Origin: an uncultured Ignavibacteria bacterium
GTDB taxonomy: Bacteria > Zixibacteria > MSB-5A5 > RBG-16-43-9
Assembly (NCBI GenBank): GCA_964570765.1
Contig: CAZMZF010000008.1
Coordinates: 27,301-91,300, forward strand
DNA length: 64,000 bases
Reading direction: 5' to 3'
The notes under the pieces were generated by a model, which made no database searches, was not told the DNA's origin, and saw only the letters and a list, made by a program, of their open reading frames with translations. Positions within the stretch are counted from its first letter, which is position 1, and each line of letters begins with the position of its first letter. Below, one piece after another: positions 28,794 through 37,504 of this stretch. A program made the position numbers and the translations under genes.

Positions 28794-29409
28794 TAGTTCG
28801 AAGGGATATAGAAGAGAATATATGAGGAACAAAATATACGTGGATGGGGCTTGTTCCCGCCCGCGGGCAACCCTGATCCCGCTTACTTCGGGACAAGCAG
28901 GGTCATTCAACAACTTGCATCTACCAAAACCACTGGCAGTCACCTGCAATAATATCGGGAGGATTTCTATTATCATATTCTTCTTTTTGCTGGTAAGCTG
29001 TGCCTCTTATCCCAGATATACCACTCACCTTTCTACTTATACTCCTCAGGAGACTAAAATAGATAAAGTCAAGATGACCAGGATAATAGAGTCATATTTA
29101 GGAGAGCCTTATTCCAAGTATGATTGCTCAGCCCTGGTGCATGAGGTTTATCGCAGATATTCAGGAATTTCTCTGCCCTCAGGTACTGAAAATCTTTACA
29201 AAATAGTGAAGAAAATTGACAGGGAGAATCTTTCCTTTGGTGATTTAGTCTTTTTCACTGAGGATGGTTTTACCCCTTTCCACGTGGGAATCTATATCGG
29301 GGATAACCGGTTTGTCCATTCGTCTTCCTCCCAAGGGGTGATTATCTCTTCCCTGGATGAAAAATATTATGCGAAAAGATATTTAGGGGGTAGAAGGGTG
29401 ATACAGTAA
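28783..29409 (+). CDS. NlpC/P60 (C40) lipoprotein; true start probably downstream (about 28916)
   Basis: LLVSC lipobox, YDCSALV, GDLVFF, HVGIYIG, FVHSSSS. The first ~40 codons are repeat DNA. Confidence 0.85.
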   Translation: MGINSSKGYRREYMRNKIYVDGACSRPRATLIPLTSGQAGSFNNLHLPKPLAVTCNNIGRISIIIFFFLLVSCASYPRYTTHLSTYTPQETKIDKVKMTRIIESYLGEPYSKYDCSALVHEVYRRYSGISLPSGTENLYKIVKKIDRENLSFGDLVFFTEDGFTPFHVGIYIGDNRFVHSSSSQGVIISSLDEKYYAKRYLGGRRVIQ

Positions 29410-29412
29410 AAA

Positions 29413-29534
29413 AAAGTTCAAAGGCTCAAAAGTTCAATGGTTCAAGGGGAAAACCTCACCCTTAGTTACTCTCCTTTCCTATCCTACGGATCCCTTTCGG
29501 GACGGATCCGTTTCACGGAAGAAAAGAGAGGGGA
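29413..29534. repeat. Octamer array plus hairpin with compound GGATCC insert
   Basis: aagttcaa-aggctcaa-aagttcaa-tggttcaa; cctcaccctt..[cctacggatccctttcgggacggatccgtttcacgg]..agagaggg. Confidence 0.7.
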
Positions 29535-29538
29535 AACT

Positions 29539-30696
29539 CTACTGAAAACTCAATTTGATATTCACAATTTCCGGTCTGTTGCCGATACGCACTGGAGGAC
29601 CCCAGGTGCCAACACCGGAGGAGACATATATCTGTGTATTATCTTTCTTTTTATATCCCCAGCTTACTTCATAAATCATATTGGTGATATAATTAAAGGG
29701 CCAGAGCTGGCCTTGATGGGTATGGCCTGAAATCTGAAGGTCTACGCCGTTTTCAACTCCTTGGTCCAGATTGAAGGGCTGATGATCCAATAAAATGAGA
29801 GGATAACTCTTATTGACTTTGGTCAGTAACTCTTCCAGTGGTTTTCTCATCTTACCGGTAAAGCTTTTTATACCTCTATCTTCCCTGCCTATTATATAAA
29901 AGCTGTTGTTGATTTTTATTGCACTATCCCTCAAGACTGTTACATTGTGGTCTTCCAGATATTTACATGCTTTTTCAACTCCTCCGATATATTCATGATT
30001 GCCGGTGATGGCAATGACTCCGAATGTCGATTTTATGTTCCTGAGTGCCTGGCCCAGGTTATATTTGATGACCGGAGCTAAATCCTCATCCATAATGTCT
30101 CCAGGCAAAAGGACAATATCAGGCTTAAGTTGATTTATCCGGTCAACGATCTGATTAAATCTCGATTTACCAATTAGAGTTCCAAGATGGATGTCTGAGG
30201 CAATCACGAGGTTTACTGTTTTTGTGTCATCAACTGATTTAGGGATGGTCAAATGAAGTGTTTTCATGCGGGGGTTTAGTGAGTTTATATGTCCTGCAGT
30301 GATCAGGATTGTAACAACCCCGATGGATACCAGAGCTATAATCTGCTTTGCCCTGGCATAGTCATCGGTTATGAAAGATGGAAAAAAAGGGAACAAGTGA
30401 TTAAACAGCCTTAAAAAATCTAATAGCAGGATAATCAGAAAAAAGTAGAGCATCGCAGATAGCCAGAAAGAGCCGATCCATATCATTACATTGCTGGGTA
30501 TGGCAAGCCAGAATCTCTCCAATACCCTCCCAGCGATAAAAGAGAAAGCAAGAATCAGGAATAATATCAGATAATATACTCTCAGAGGAGAACTCGGGGG
30601 GATTGATTGCCATCCTCTAATAAAAATATAATAGTTGACCAGTCCGTAAATTGTAAAGAAGATGGTAAAAAACAGGATGAAATTTATGGTTTTCAT
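29539..30696 (-). CDS. Membrane-anchored metallophosphoesterase (YkuE-like)
   Basis: N-terminal TM helices; SDIHLG, GDIMD, GNHE, DHQP, SGHTHQGQ. Confidence 0.92.
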   Translation of the reverse strand: MKTINFILFFTIFFTIYGLVNYYIFIRGWQSIPPSSPLRVYYLILFLILAFSFIAGRVLERFWLAIPSNVMIWIGSFWLSAMLYFFLIILLLDFLRLFNHLFPFFPSFITDDYARAKQIIALVSIGVVTILITAGHINSLNPRMKTLHLTIPKSVDDTKTVNLVIASDIHLGTLIGKSRFNQIVDRINQLKPDIVLLPGDIMDEDLAPVIKYNLGQALRNIKSTFGVIAITGNHEYIGGVEKACKYLEDHNVTVLRDSAIKINNSFYIIGREDRGIKSFTGKMRKPLEELLTKVNKSYPLILLDHQPFNLDQGVENGVDLQISGHTHQGQLWPFNYITNMIYEVSWGYKKKDNTQIYVSSGVGTWGPPVRIGNRPEIVNIKLSFQ

Positions 30697-30717
30697 TGGT
30701 AGTGTTTAAAAAAGTCT

Positions 30718-30785
30718 GTAGGGGCGACCCATCCTTCGGCTTCGCTCAGGACAGTGAGCTTGTCGAACTGCCGGGTCGCCCCTAC
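30718..30785. repeat. GTAG REP interrupted by a 39-bp hairpin element
   Basis: gtaggggcgaccc-[atccttcggcttcgctcaggacagtgagcttgtcgaact]-gccgggtcgcccctac. Removing the insert gives the exact reverse complement of the 12108 REP. Confidence 0.85.
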
Positions 30786-30845
30786 AAAGAAATTTCTACT
30801 CCTGCTTAAAAGGCGAATCACTTTGACTCGTAATTCTCTATATAG

Positions 30846-31322
30846 TCATTTAAGATTCTTTATAAAATCTATGATCTCATTCATATCCGGTAGCTGGCTT
30901 ATCTCATAGACCTTGAAAAATACGATTTTCTGATTTTCGTCAATAATTATATTTGCCCGCTCTGAGAATCCGTTTTTCTCCCGGAAGATGCCATACCGTT
31001 TTGCTACCTCGCCGTGGGGCCAGAAATCTGATAATAGAGGGGTGTTCTCTATACCCAGACTTTTAGCCCAGGCTTTTTTGGATGGTACCGTATCAACGCT
31101 CATTCCAAAGGCTATGGTGTTCAATGAATCTAAAATCTCTTTATTTTCTTCCAGGGATTTCATCTGTTTGGCACATACATCAGTCCAGGCAAGAGGGTGG
31201 AAAGAAAGGAGAATTCTTTTGCCACTAAATGAAGACAACTTAAAATCTTTTCCGTTCTGATCTTTCAAGGTAAAATCTTTTGCGATCTTTCCAATTTCAT
31301 TTTTTCTTTCTTCTGCTGGCAT
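30846..31322 (-). CDS. Peroxiredoxin (AhpC/TSA, AhpE-like)
   Basis: DFTLKDQ, FHPLAWTDVC (PxxxTxxC), LSDFWPHG, SERA. Confidence 0.9.
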   Translation of the reverse strand: MPAEERKNEIGKIAKDFTLKDQNGKDFKLSSFSGKRILLSFHPLAWTDVCAKQMKSLEENKEILDSLNTIAFGMSVDTVPSKKAWAKSLGIENTPLLSDFWPHGEVAKRYGIFREKNGFSERANIIIDENQKIVFFKVYEISQLPDMNEIIDFIKNLK

Positions 31323-31758
31323 TTTTACCTCCGTTTGTTATTTTTTAAACTTTTGGAAAATTAGTTATAGAAATGCAAAACTTAAATTATCTAAATAAAT
31401 TTTACTCTTCAATATTTATTTACGGGAATTATACTTTTTTAGGAGGAAATTTCTTTTTCAAAATGATTGTTTTTACTTCAGGGACCAAGTCAACATTTGT
31501 TTTAGAAACTTAGCTTTTAATACTCAAACTCAAAACCCCAGACTTTAAAATGTATTTAAAGTATCCCCTTGAGATGGGTTTCGCAACCGATTATCTTATA
31601 TTAAAATAGTAGTTGTGATTCAGTAGCCCTGTGCTTCTGACCTAATCTGACTTCGCTCAAAGTGTTTTCCATTCCGAATAAAAAAGTGGGAACTCAGTTG
31701 TGTTGGTGGTGTAAAACATAGTATATTGTCGAAAATCCTTTAAGGAGAGGAGAAAGCA

Positions 31759-33174
31759 ATGAAAAAAAGCTTTACAGCATCTATATCACTGATAGCGATT
31801 TTGGTTTTCGCTGGTGTGGTGTGTGCTGGTGAGGAAGCAGCGGTTCGCTTTCCTGAGACCAGCGCTGGAAAGCGGGCTGAATCGTATTTCAGCGCATTCA
31901 ACAGCAGCAACGAGAATGAAATGCGAACATATCTGGAGCAGAACATCGCTCCCAGCAACCTTAAGGAGCGTCCCATCGAAGAACGCATGGCTGTATACCG
32001 GCAGCTTAAGAGCGACCTGGAGACATTAGAGCCAGTAAAAATCCTCAAGGAGAGCACGGATGCGATCAAGCTGGTTGCTCGCTCTGCAAAGGAGACGTGG
32101 CTTGAGCTTGTCTTCGAGTTCGAAAAGAGTGCGCCTTATAAGCTCCTCGGCATAAGGATCATGCGCCTGGATGAGCCGCCTGATCTTAGCGCTCCGACGA
32201 GCCCGATAACCGAAGTGGAGATGCTAAAGGAGCTCGAGAATTTCATGGAAGGGATCTCACTTGAGGATGAGTTCTCCGGAGTGGTTCTGCTCGCGAAAGG
32301 GGAGAAGCCAATCTTCCGGAAAGCTTATGGCCTGGCGAGCAAAGAATACAACATCCCTAACCGTGTCGATACGCGCTTTAACTTAGGTTCGATCAACAAA
32401 TTCCTGACTCGCATCGCGATTGAGCAGCTCGAGGGAAAAGGAGAACTCAGATTTGAGGACCCAATCAAAAACCATCTTCCAGACTTTCCCAATAAAGAAG
32501 CGGCTGAGAAGGTAACGATCCGCCATCTGCTGGACATGACTTCCGGAATAGGAGATTTCTTTGGCGAGAAGTATCAGTCCACTCCGAAGGATCGGATCAG
32601 GACCCTGTCTGACTATCTACTGCTCTTTGGGAATGAGCCACTCCTGTTCGAGCCAGGCACGAATCGCCAGTACTCTAATGGCGGGTACATAGTCCTTGGG
32701 TTAATCATAGAAAAGGTGAGCGGACAGACCTATTTCGATTACGTCCGCGATCATATCTATAAGATTGCTGGAATGGAGAACATGACCCACCTCGAGGCTG
32801 ACGTGCCAACGGAGAACGTGGCGAGTGGTTATACCAACAACTGGGATGAAAACGATCATCCCGGCGAGCCCAGGCGCAATAACATCTACACACGTCCTGC
32901 ATGTGGAAGCTCTGCGGGAGGTGGGTATTCCACAGCTGACGATCTTTTGAAACTGGTTGTTGCACTCAAGAAGAACGAGCTCTCGGCACCCAAAACTTCG
33001 GAGGAAATAAACCAACACGGCATCGCCATCGCGGGTGGGGCTCCCGGAATTAATGCCCTGGTGGAATCCAACCCCGAAACCGGCTACGTAATCATCGTTC
33101 TTTCGAATTACGACCCGCCAGCAGTGGACAAGGTTGCACGCAAGATCAACTCGTTCCTTGAGCGCTTGAAATAA
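31759..33174 (+). CDS. Serine hydrolase, beta-lactamase (class C/PBP-like) family, GC-rich
   Basis: Signal peptide; FNLGSINK (SxxK), LLDMTSG, YSN, GGAPG; visibly higher GC than its neighbours. Confidence 0.88.
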   Translation: MKKSFTASISLIAILVFAGVVCAGEEAAVRFPETSAGKRAESYFSAFNSSNENEMRTYLEQNIAPSNLKERPIEERMAVYRQLKSDLETLEPVKILKESTDAIKLVARSAKETWLELVFEFEKSAPYKLLGIRIMRLDEPPDLSAPTSPITEVEMLKELENFMEGISLEDEFSGVVLLAKGEKPIFRKAYGLASKEYNIPNRVDTRFNLGSINKFLTRIAIEQLEGKGELRFEDPIKNHLPDFPNKEAAEKVTIRHLLDMTSGIGDFFGEKYQSTPKDRIRTLSDYLLLFGNEPLLFEPGTNRQYSNGGYIVLGLIIEKVSGQTYFDYVRDHIYKIAGMENMTHLEADVPTENVASGYTNNWDENDHPGEPRRNNIYTRPACGSSAGGGYSTADDLLKLVVALKKNELSAPKTSEEINQHGIAIAGGAPGINALVESNPETGYVIIVLSNYDPPAVDKVARKINSFLERLK

Positions 33175-33350
33175 CATCATAGGTAAGGTGCTCTGCGTCC
33201 AGACGGGCTCCCCTAAGCACCTGAAAATCAATAGTATCAGGAGTGTGGCGCTCCTGTACTACTTACTGCTTTTGCAAGATTTTAAGAATAGATAAAAGGA
33301 GGAGTAATTAGAATAGTTCAGGATCCCGTGCTCTAGACAATTTTTTACTG

Positions 33351-34058
33351 TTAGTTTGCTTCTTCTTTCCTTTCTATCTTCCGATCTGGTATGTTTCGCT
33401 CATGTTTTTGGTTCCATAATTGTCCTTTATCCTTCAGACGCTTAGCCACTTCTAAACCAATAGGTGTCAAGGAAAGCTGTCGAATATCTTCTCCTTCAAG
33501 TATGATCAAACCTGAAGAAATAAGAGCTTTAACATCATCTTTAAAAGACTCATGATATTCCCATTTGTCAACTATCTCATCCCATTTGTTACGGTACATG
33601 TATATCTCCGACAAGGCACGACTTCTCTCAAATCTCACCATCAATTGTGAGATTTCAGACTCTTTCAAGATATTTATGACTTTCTCTTGTTTATTGGTTG
33701 TACTTGCGGAGACCTTAGATACGATTTCATCTGCCAGATGCGATAATTGTTTCTCGATATCGATAATATTTGGTTGCACTGATGACGGAGAGTATTTTCT
33801 TTCCAAATATTTCGAGTAGAAAGTGTCTTCCTGCATCTCTGGACGAAATTTTGTCTGAAGTAAGAAAAGGCTGATAATGAACATAGGGACGTTGAGAACA
33901 GCAGCAAACGTTAAAACCACGCTAAGCCATTGAGGTGAGTGGAGAAGACCAGCGGCGGTCAGAAAACTACCGTTTATTACCGCAAGGCCAGCAAGCCATG
34001 CAGCTAGAAGTTGTATCGGTTTTGTAATCTTGTGAGGAACGATTTCGGGATTACTCAT
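33351..34058 (-). CDS. Hypothetical protein with two N-terminal TM helices and a C-terminal winged-helix-like segment
   Basis: ITKPIQLLAAW..NVPMFIISLFLLQTKFRPE; RBS GAGGAG; sigma70-like promoter near 34268-34296. Confidence 0.7.
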   Translation of the reverse strand: MSNPEIVPHKITKPIQLLAAWLAGLAVINGSFLTAAGLLHSPQWLSVVLTFAAVLNVPMFIISLFLLQTKFRPEMQEDTFYSKYLERKYSPSSVQPNIIDIEKQLSHLADEIVSKVSASTTNKQEKVINILKESEISQLMVRFERSRALSEIYMYRNKWDEIVDKWEYHESFKDDVKALISSGLIILEGEDIRQLSLTPIGLEVAKRLKDKGQLWNQKHERNIPDRKIERKEEAN

Positions 34059-34323
34059 AGTATCTCCTCTAACAAACTATTGATTATAGGGTTTCCATAT
34101 AATAACCTTTATGTGCCTTGATAGTAGCCAAAGATATCCAACTATGTTGCGCGCGATCTGCGATTTTCACATAGTTAATCAGTTTTTTAGTTATCACACT
34201 GAATATTATATAGTTTATAAAAACATCCCTGCCTTAGTGTTTATATAAGATTCTTTTGTTTAATTATATTTTAATAATTCGCTCGTGAATTGTCAAGGTT
34301 AATTCTAAAGAAAATCGTAGAAA

Positions 34324-34357
34324 GGTAGGTTAGGGGATTCGAACCCGCGACCCTCAG
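34324..34357 (-). other. Displaced 3' fragment of tRNA-His (att-like duplication)
   Basis: 30/34 identity to 35336-35369 (3' anticodon stem, T-arm and acceptor strand). Confidence 0.7.
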
Positions 34358-34402
34358 TAGTTGCTGGTCAAGAACCCAACTTCCTCATAACTTCTGAAGT
34401 CC

Positions 34403-35134
34403 TTATTTCACTAACACTAACTTTTTACTGCTGGAGAGGTCCCCAGCCTTTAGCTCGTACAAGTAAATCCCTGAAGCTACCTCTTCCCCCGATTCATCAG
34501 TGCCATCCCATAACACAGATTTATAACCCGGGGGCAGATTTTCTGAGACTAAGGTTTTTACCTTTCTTCCCAGAAGGTCATAAATAGTCAGATCAACAAA
34601 AGCTGAATTTTCAAGAGTAAATCCGATCTGGGTAAACTGATTAAAAGGGTTAGGATAGTTCTGGAATAGCTCAAATTTCCCAGGTACCGGAGCTGTCTCT
34701 TCATTGATATAAGTAGCTGGAGTTACTGTGAATCGTAACAGGGTGTCGGAATAACTAATCTGAGGTGTATCAGTAATCAGTTGATGATAAATAATCGCGA
34801 TGTGCAGTGAATAGGAGTCAGCTTGCAGCTTGCCCAGATTAAATGTTACAGACACGATGTGGGGCCATTGGGAACAGAGTTGATTAACGAACCAGTGAGA
34901 TATTTCAAGAACAATGTGTGAATTACCATAAAGATCGTTCCATAACCATTGGGGACCTTTTAGGACATGATTACAACCTAATGGTACACCTACTTCGACA
35001 ATAACCGTTACACTGTCGTCAGTAGTGGGATTTGGCGGGATTACATTGATAGAGGCAATCTGTGCCTGAGAATTTGGAAACGCAAGGAAAGACACAAATA
35101 AAAGAATTAACCAAAAAAGGTTTTTTGGTTTCAT
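34403..35134 (-). CDS. Small secreted protein with FlgD-Ig/T9SS-like C-terminal domain
   Basis: Signal peptide; NPTTDDSV Ig-like domain with 2 Cys; QNYPNPFN..IYDLLG..WDGTD..ASGIYLY..KKLVLVK. Confidence 0.8.
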   Translation of the reverse strand: MKPKNLFWLILLFVSFLAFPNSQAQIASINVIPPNPTTDDSVTVIVEVGVPLGCNHVLKGPQWLWNDLYGNSHIVLEISHWFVNQLCSQWPHIVSVTFNLGKLQADSYSLHIAIIYHQLITDTPQISYSDTLLRFTVTPATYINEETAPVPGKFELFQNYPNPFNQFTQIGFTLENSAFVDLTIYDLLGRKVKTLVSENLPPGYKSVLWDGTDESGEEVASGIYLYELKAGDLSSSKKLVLVK

Positions 35135-35335
35135 TTTTGACTCCTTTGTTTAGTTTTTGATAGTTTTTGTTCCTCTTCTCTATCTAAAATAATAGGGTTT
35201 TTGGCAGGATTTGTCAAGAAAAAAAGACAAAAACTTTAGATTAAAAATAAAATTTATGAATAGGGAGTTAAAGAAGTTGTAGATCAGGAGCACAGGGCTC
35301 CTGACCTACTATTATGGACTAATCACTGTATTAAG

Positions 35336-35411
35336 GGTGGGTGACGGGATTTGAACCCGCGACCCTCAGGGCCACAACCTGATGCTCTAACCAGGCTGAG
35401 CTACACCCACC
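35336..35411 (-). tRNA. tRNA-His(GTG)
   Basis: Cloverleaf with G-1/C73; anticodon arm TCAGG-TT-GTG-GC-CCTGA; GGTTCAAATCC; CCA not encoded. Confidence 0.95.
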
Positions 35412-35491
35412 GTATTGGTTAATGGTTCATAGTTAAAAAAGTAAAATCATTTTACCATTAACCAACCACCATGAACTACCCACTGCTTTTA

Positions 35492-35565
35492 TACCCCCGG
35501 CCCGATTCGAACGGGCGACCCTCTGCTTAGAAGGCAGATGCTCTATCCACCTGAGCTACGGGGGC
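35492..35565 (-). tRNA. tRNA-Arg(TCT)
   Basis: Anticodon arm TCTGC-CT-TCT-AA-GCAGA; T-loop GTTCGAAT. Confidence 0.95.
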
Positions 35566-35641
35566 AAATTTAGTGATGAGTGGTCAGTGATCAGTTATTA
35601 TTTTCTAACCACTATAAACTGATTACTGATCACTGTTTTTC

Positions 35642-35715
35642 TCGGGGTGGGGGGATTTGAACCTCCGACAGCATGGTCCCAAACCATGTGCGCTACCAGG
35701 CTGCGCTACACCCCG
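35642..35715 (-). tRNA. tRNA-Pro(TGG)
   Basis: CGGGGTG/CACCCCG acceptor stem; anticodon arm CATGG-TT-TGG-GA-CCATG. Confidence 0.95.
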
Positions 35716-35795
35716 TTACCTTTCGATTCTAAAACCATAAACAGTAAATAATACTACTTTAGATAATGTTTTTTCTCCAATCTAATACGTGAATT

Positions 35796-35823
35796 AATAT
35801 AAGGATGAACACTTTATTGTCAA
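35796..35823 (-). promoter_or_regulatory. Sigma70-type promoter of the tRNA operon
   Basis: TTGACA-N16-TATATT on the minus strand. Confidence 0.65.
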
Positions 35824-35998
35824 GCAAACTTTTTGTCTCTGAAATTAAAGAGAGTGGTCGGGCAAGGGTGCCCGACCTACGATGATTCTTAAATAATACT
35901 TCGTAGGCGGGGCTCCCAGCCCCGCAAAATCAGTTTTTCAGAAATTTCTTTATTATTTTTTATAGAGACGCATTGCTTTGCGTTTCTACAGACAAAAT

Positions 35999-36028
35999 AA
36001 AAAACCCCGCCTCTAAAAAGGCGGGGTT
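35999..36028 (-). terminator. Intrinsic terminator downstream of the csp gene
   Basis: aaccccgcc/ggcggggtt stem followed by a T-tract on the minus strand. Confidence 0.7.
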
Positions 36029-36113
36029 ATAATGTGGTTAAATCTTCCCTATGGGGAGCTAAGCCTCCGCCGTCAGGCGGGCGTAGCCCATAGGATCGAA
36101 AAGCTTTTATCGA

Positions 36114-36320
36114 CTATTCTAATTTAACTACATTAATTGCCTGCGGTCCTTTAGGACCCTCGGTGATATCGAAGCTAACCTCGTCTCCCTGTTTCAGGGA
36201 CTTATATCCCTCTGACTTTATCGCTGAATAATGAACAAAGACGTCCTTCCCCCCTTCCTTGAGCTCTATAAATCCAAATCCCTTAGCCTCGTTGAACCAC
36301 TTCACTTTCCCTTCTGCCAA
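36114..36320 (-). CDS. Cold-shock protein
   Basis: [24 protein letters not shown]; likely TTG start at 36320. Confidence 0.95.
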   Translation of the reverse strand: MAEGKVKWFNEAKGFGFIELKEGGKDVFVHYSAIKSEGYKSLKQGDEVSFDITEGPKGPQAINVVKLE

Positions 36321-36468
36321 AATCTTATTCACCACCTTTCATCTGGCCTAACGTTAAAACAAAAAAACCACGAAAGATATCACAAAACTAAAAACTCTCA
36401 TGGTCAATTAAAATCTTTTAAAGCATTCTAAAATCAACTAACTCTTTCCTTCAAATCTTTACAACAAT

Positions 36469-36497
36469 ACTATACGTAAAAAAATCGATTTTGTCAA
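36469..36497 (-). promoter_or_regulatory. Sigma70-type promoter of csp (implies a ~140-nt 5' UTR)
   Basis: TTGACA-N17-TATAGT on the minus strand. Confidence 0.65.
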
Positions 36498-36789
36498 GCA
36501 AAAATCTCAAAAGAGAACATTTCATTATTTTTTATCGGATGAATTACAGGAAGTTTTAATATTTTACCTTTGTTATTTAAAGAAAATGAAGATTCTTCAT
36601 CCCATCTTTTTCGGGTCCCAGGATCACGGTTTTCAGGACAAGTTTTCAACCTTGAGATAATCTCATTCGGTAGGGGGGTCTATATCCCTAACATTAAAAA
36701 TGGCAAACAATTGAATGTTTCTAAATGCTCATCCATCTTGACAAATTAAAAGAAGTTTATTTATTGTTTTATTGAAAACGGAGGGAAAG

Positions 36790-37440
36790 ATGAATAAGAA
36801 TAAACTCTGGTTTTACGAGAAGCTTTCTTCGCAAGTTTTGGAAAATCTGAAAAGAAACAATATCGAAGGCTTTTATTTCAAAACAGGTAAGGAGGCAAAG
36901 GAAAAGGTTTTGAGTATGATTCCTCAGGGGGTTACGGTGGGTATGGCTGGTTCACTTACCTTAAGGGAGATAGGTCTTATAGATGAGTTGATGCAGGGGA
37001 ACTGGAAGGTTTTCAATCCATATCTGCCTGATCTTTCCAGGGAGAAGAGTCTAAGAATAAGAAGGGAAGGGGTTTGGGCGGACTATTTTCTTTCTGGAAC
37101 TAATGCGATTACTCTAAAGGGTGAGCTTATCAATATCAGCGCTATGGGAAATAAAATCGCCGGGCTTTCCTATGGCAAAAAGGTGATAATCGTTGCCGGG
37201 ATAAATAAGATCGTTAAAGATGTGAAAGAGGGGATCGACAGGACCAGGAATTTGGTTGCTCCGATGAATGCTAAAAGACTAGATTTCAATACCCCCTGTA
37301 AAGATACTGCCTTTTGCGATTATGATCTGTGCCGTCCACCAGAATATGACCGGATGTGCAACCAGCTTTTAGTGATAGAAGGGGAAAGGGAAAAAGGAAG
37401 ATTGACTGTAATTTTAGCAGGGGAGGAATTAGGGTTTTAA
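36790..37440 (+). CDS. LUD-domain (lactate utilization LutC/YkgG-like) protein
   Basis: GSLTLREIG, ADYFLSGTNAIT..GELINI..GN, VAGINKIV, APMNAKRL..PC. Confidence 0.85.
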   Translation: MNKNKLWFYEKLSSQVLENLKRNNIEGFYFKTGKEAKEKVLSMIPQGVTVGMAGSLTLREIGLIDELMQGNWKVFNPYLPDLSREKSLRIRREGVWADYFLSGTNAITLKGELINISAMGNKIAGLSYGKKVIIVAGINKIVKDVKEGIDRTRNLVAPMNAKRLDFNTPCKDTAFCDYDLCRPPEYDRMCNQLLVIEGEREKGRLTVILAGEELGF

Positions 37441-37504
37441 GAATTGTAGAGACACATCGAATGCGTCTTTAAATGTCTCTATCCTTAGAATTTAGGAGGG
37501 TATT

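Noticed and set aside
34075-34200. Integron attC sites (also near 52480)
   Set aside because: The inverted repeat is about 45 bp, shorter than typical attC; R''/L''/L'/R' spacing is incomplete; no integrase.
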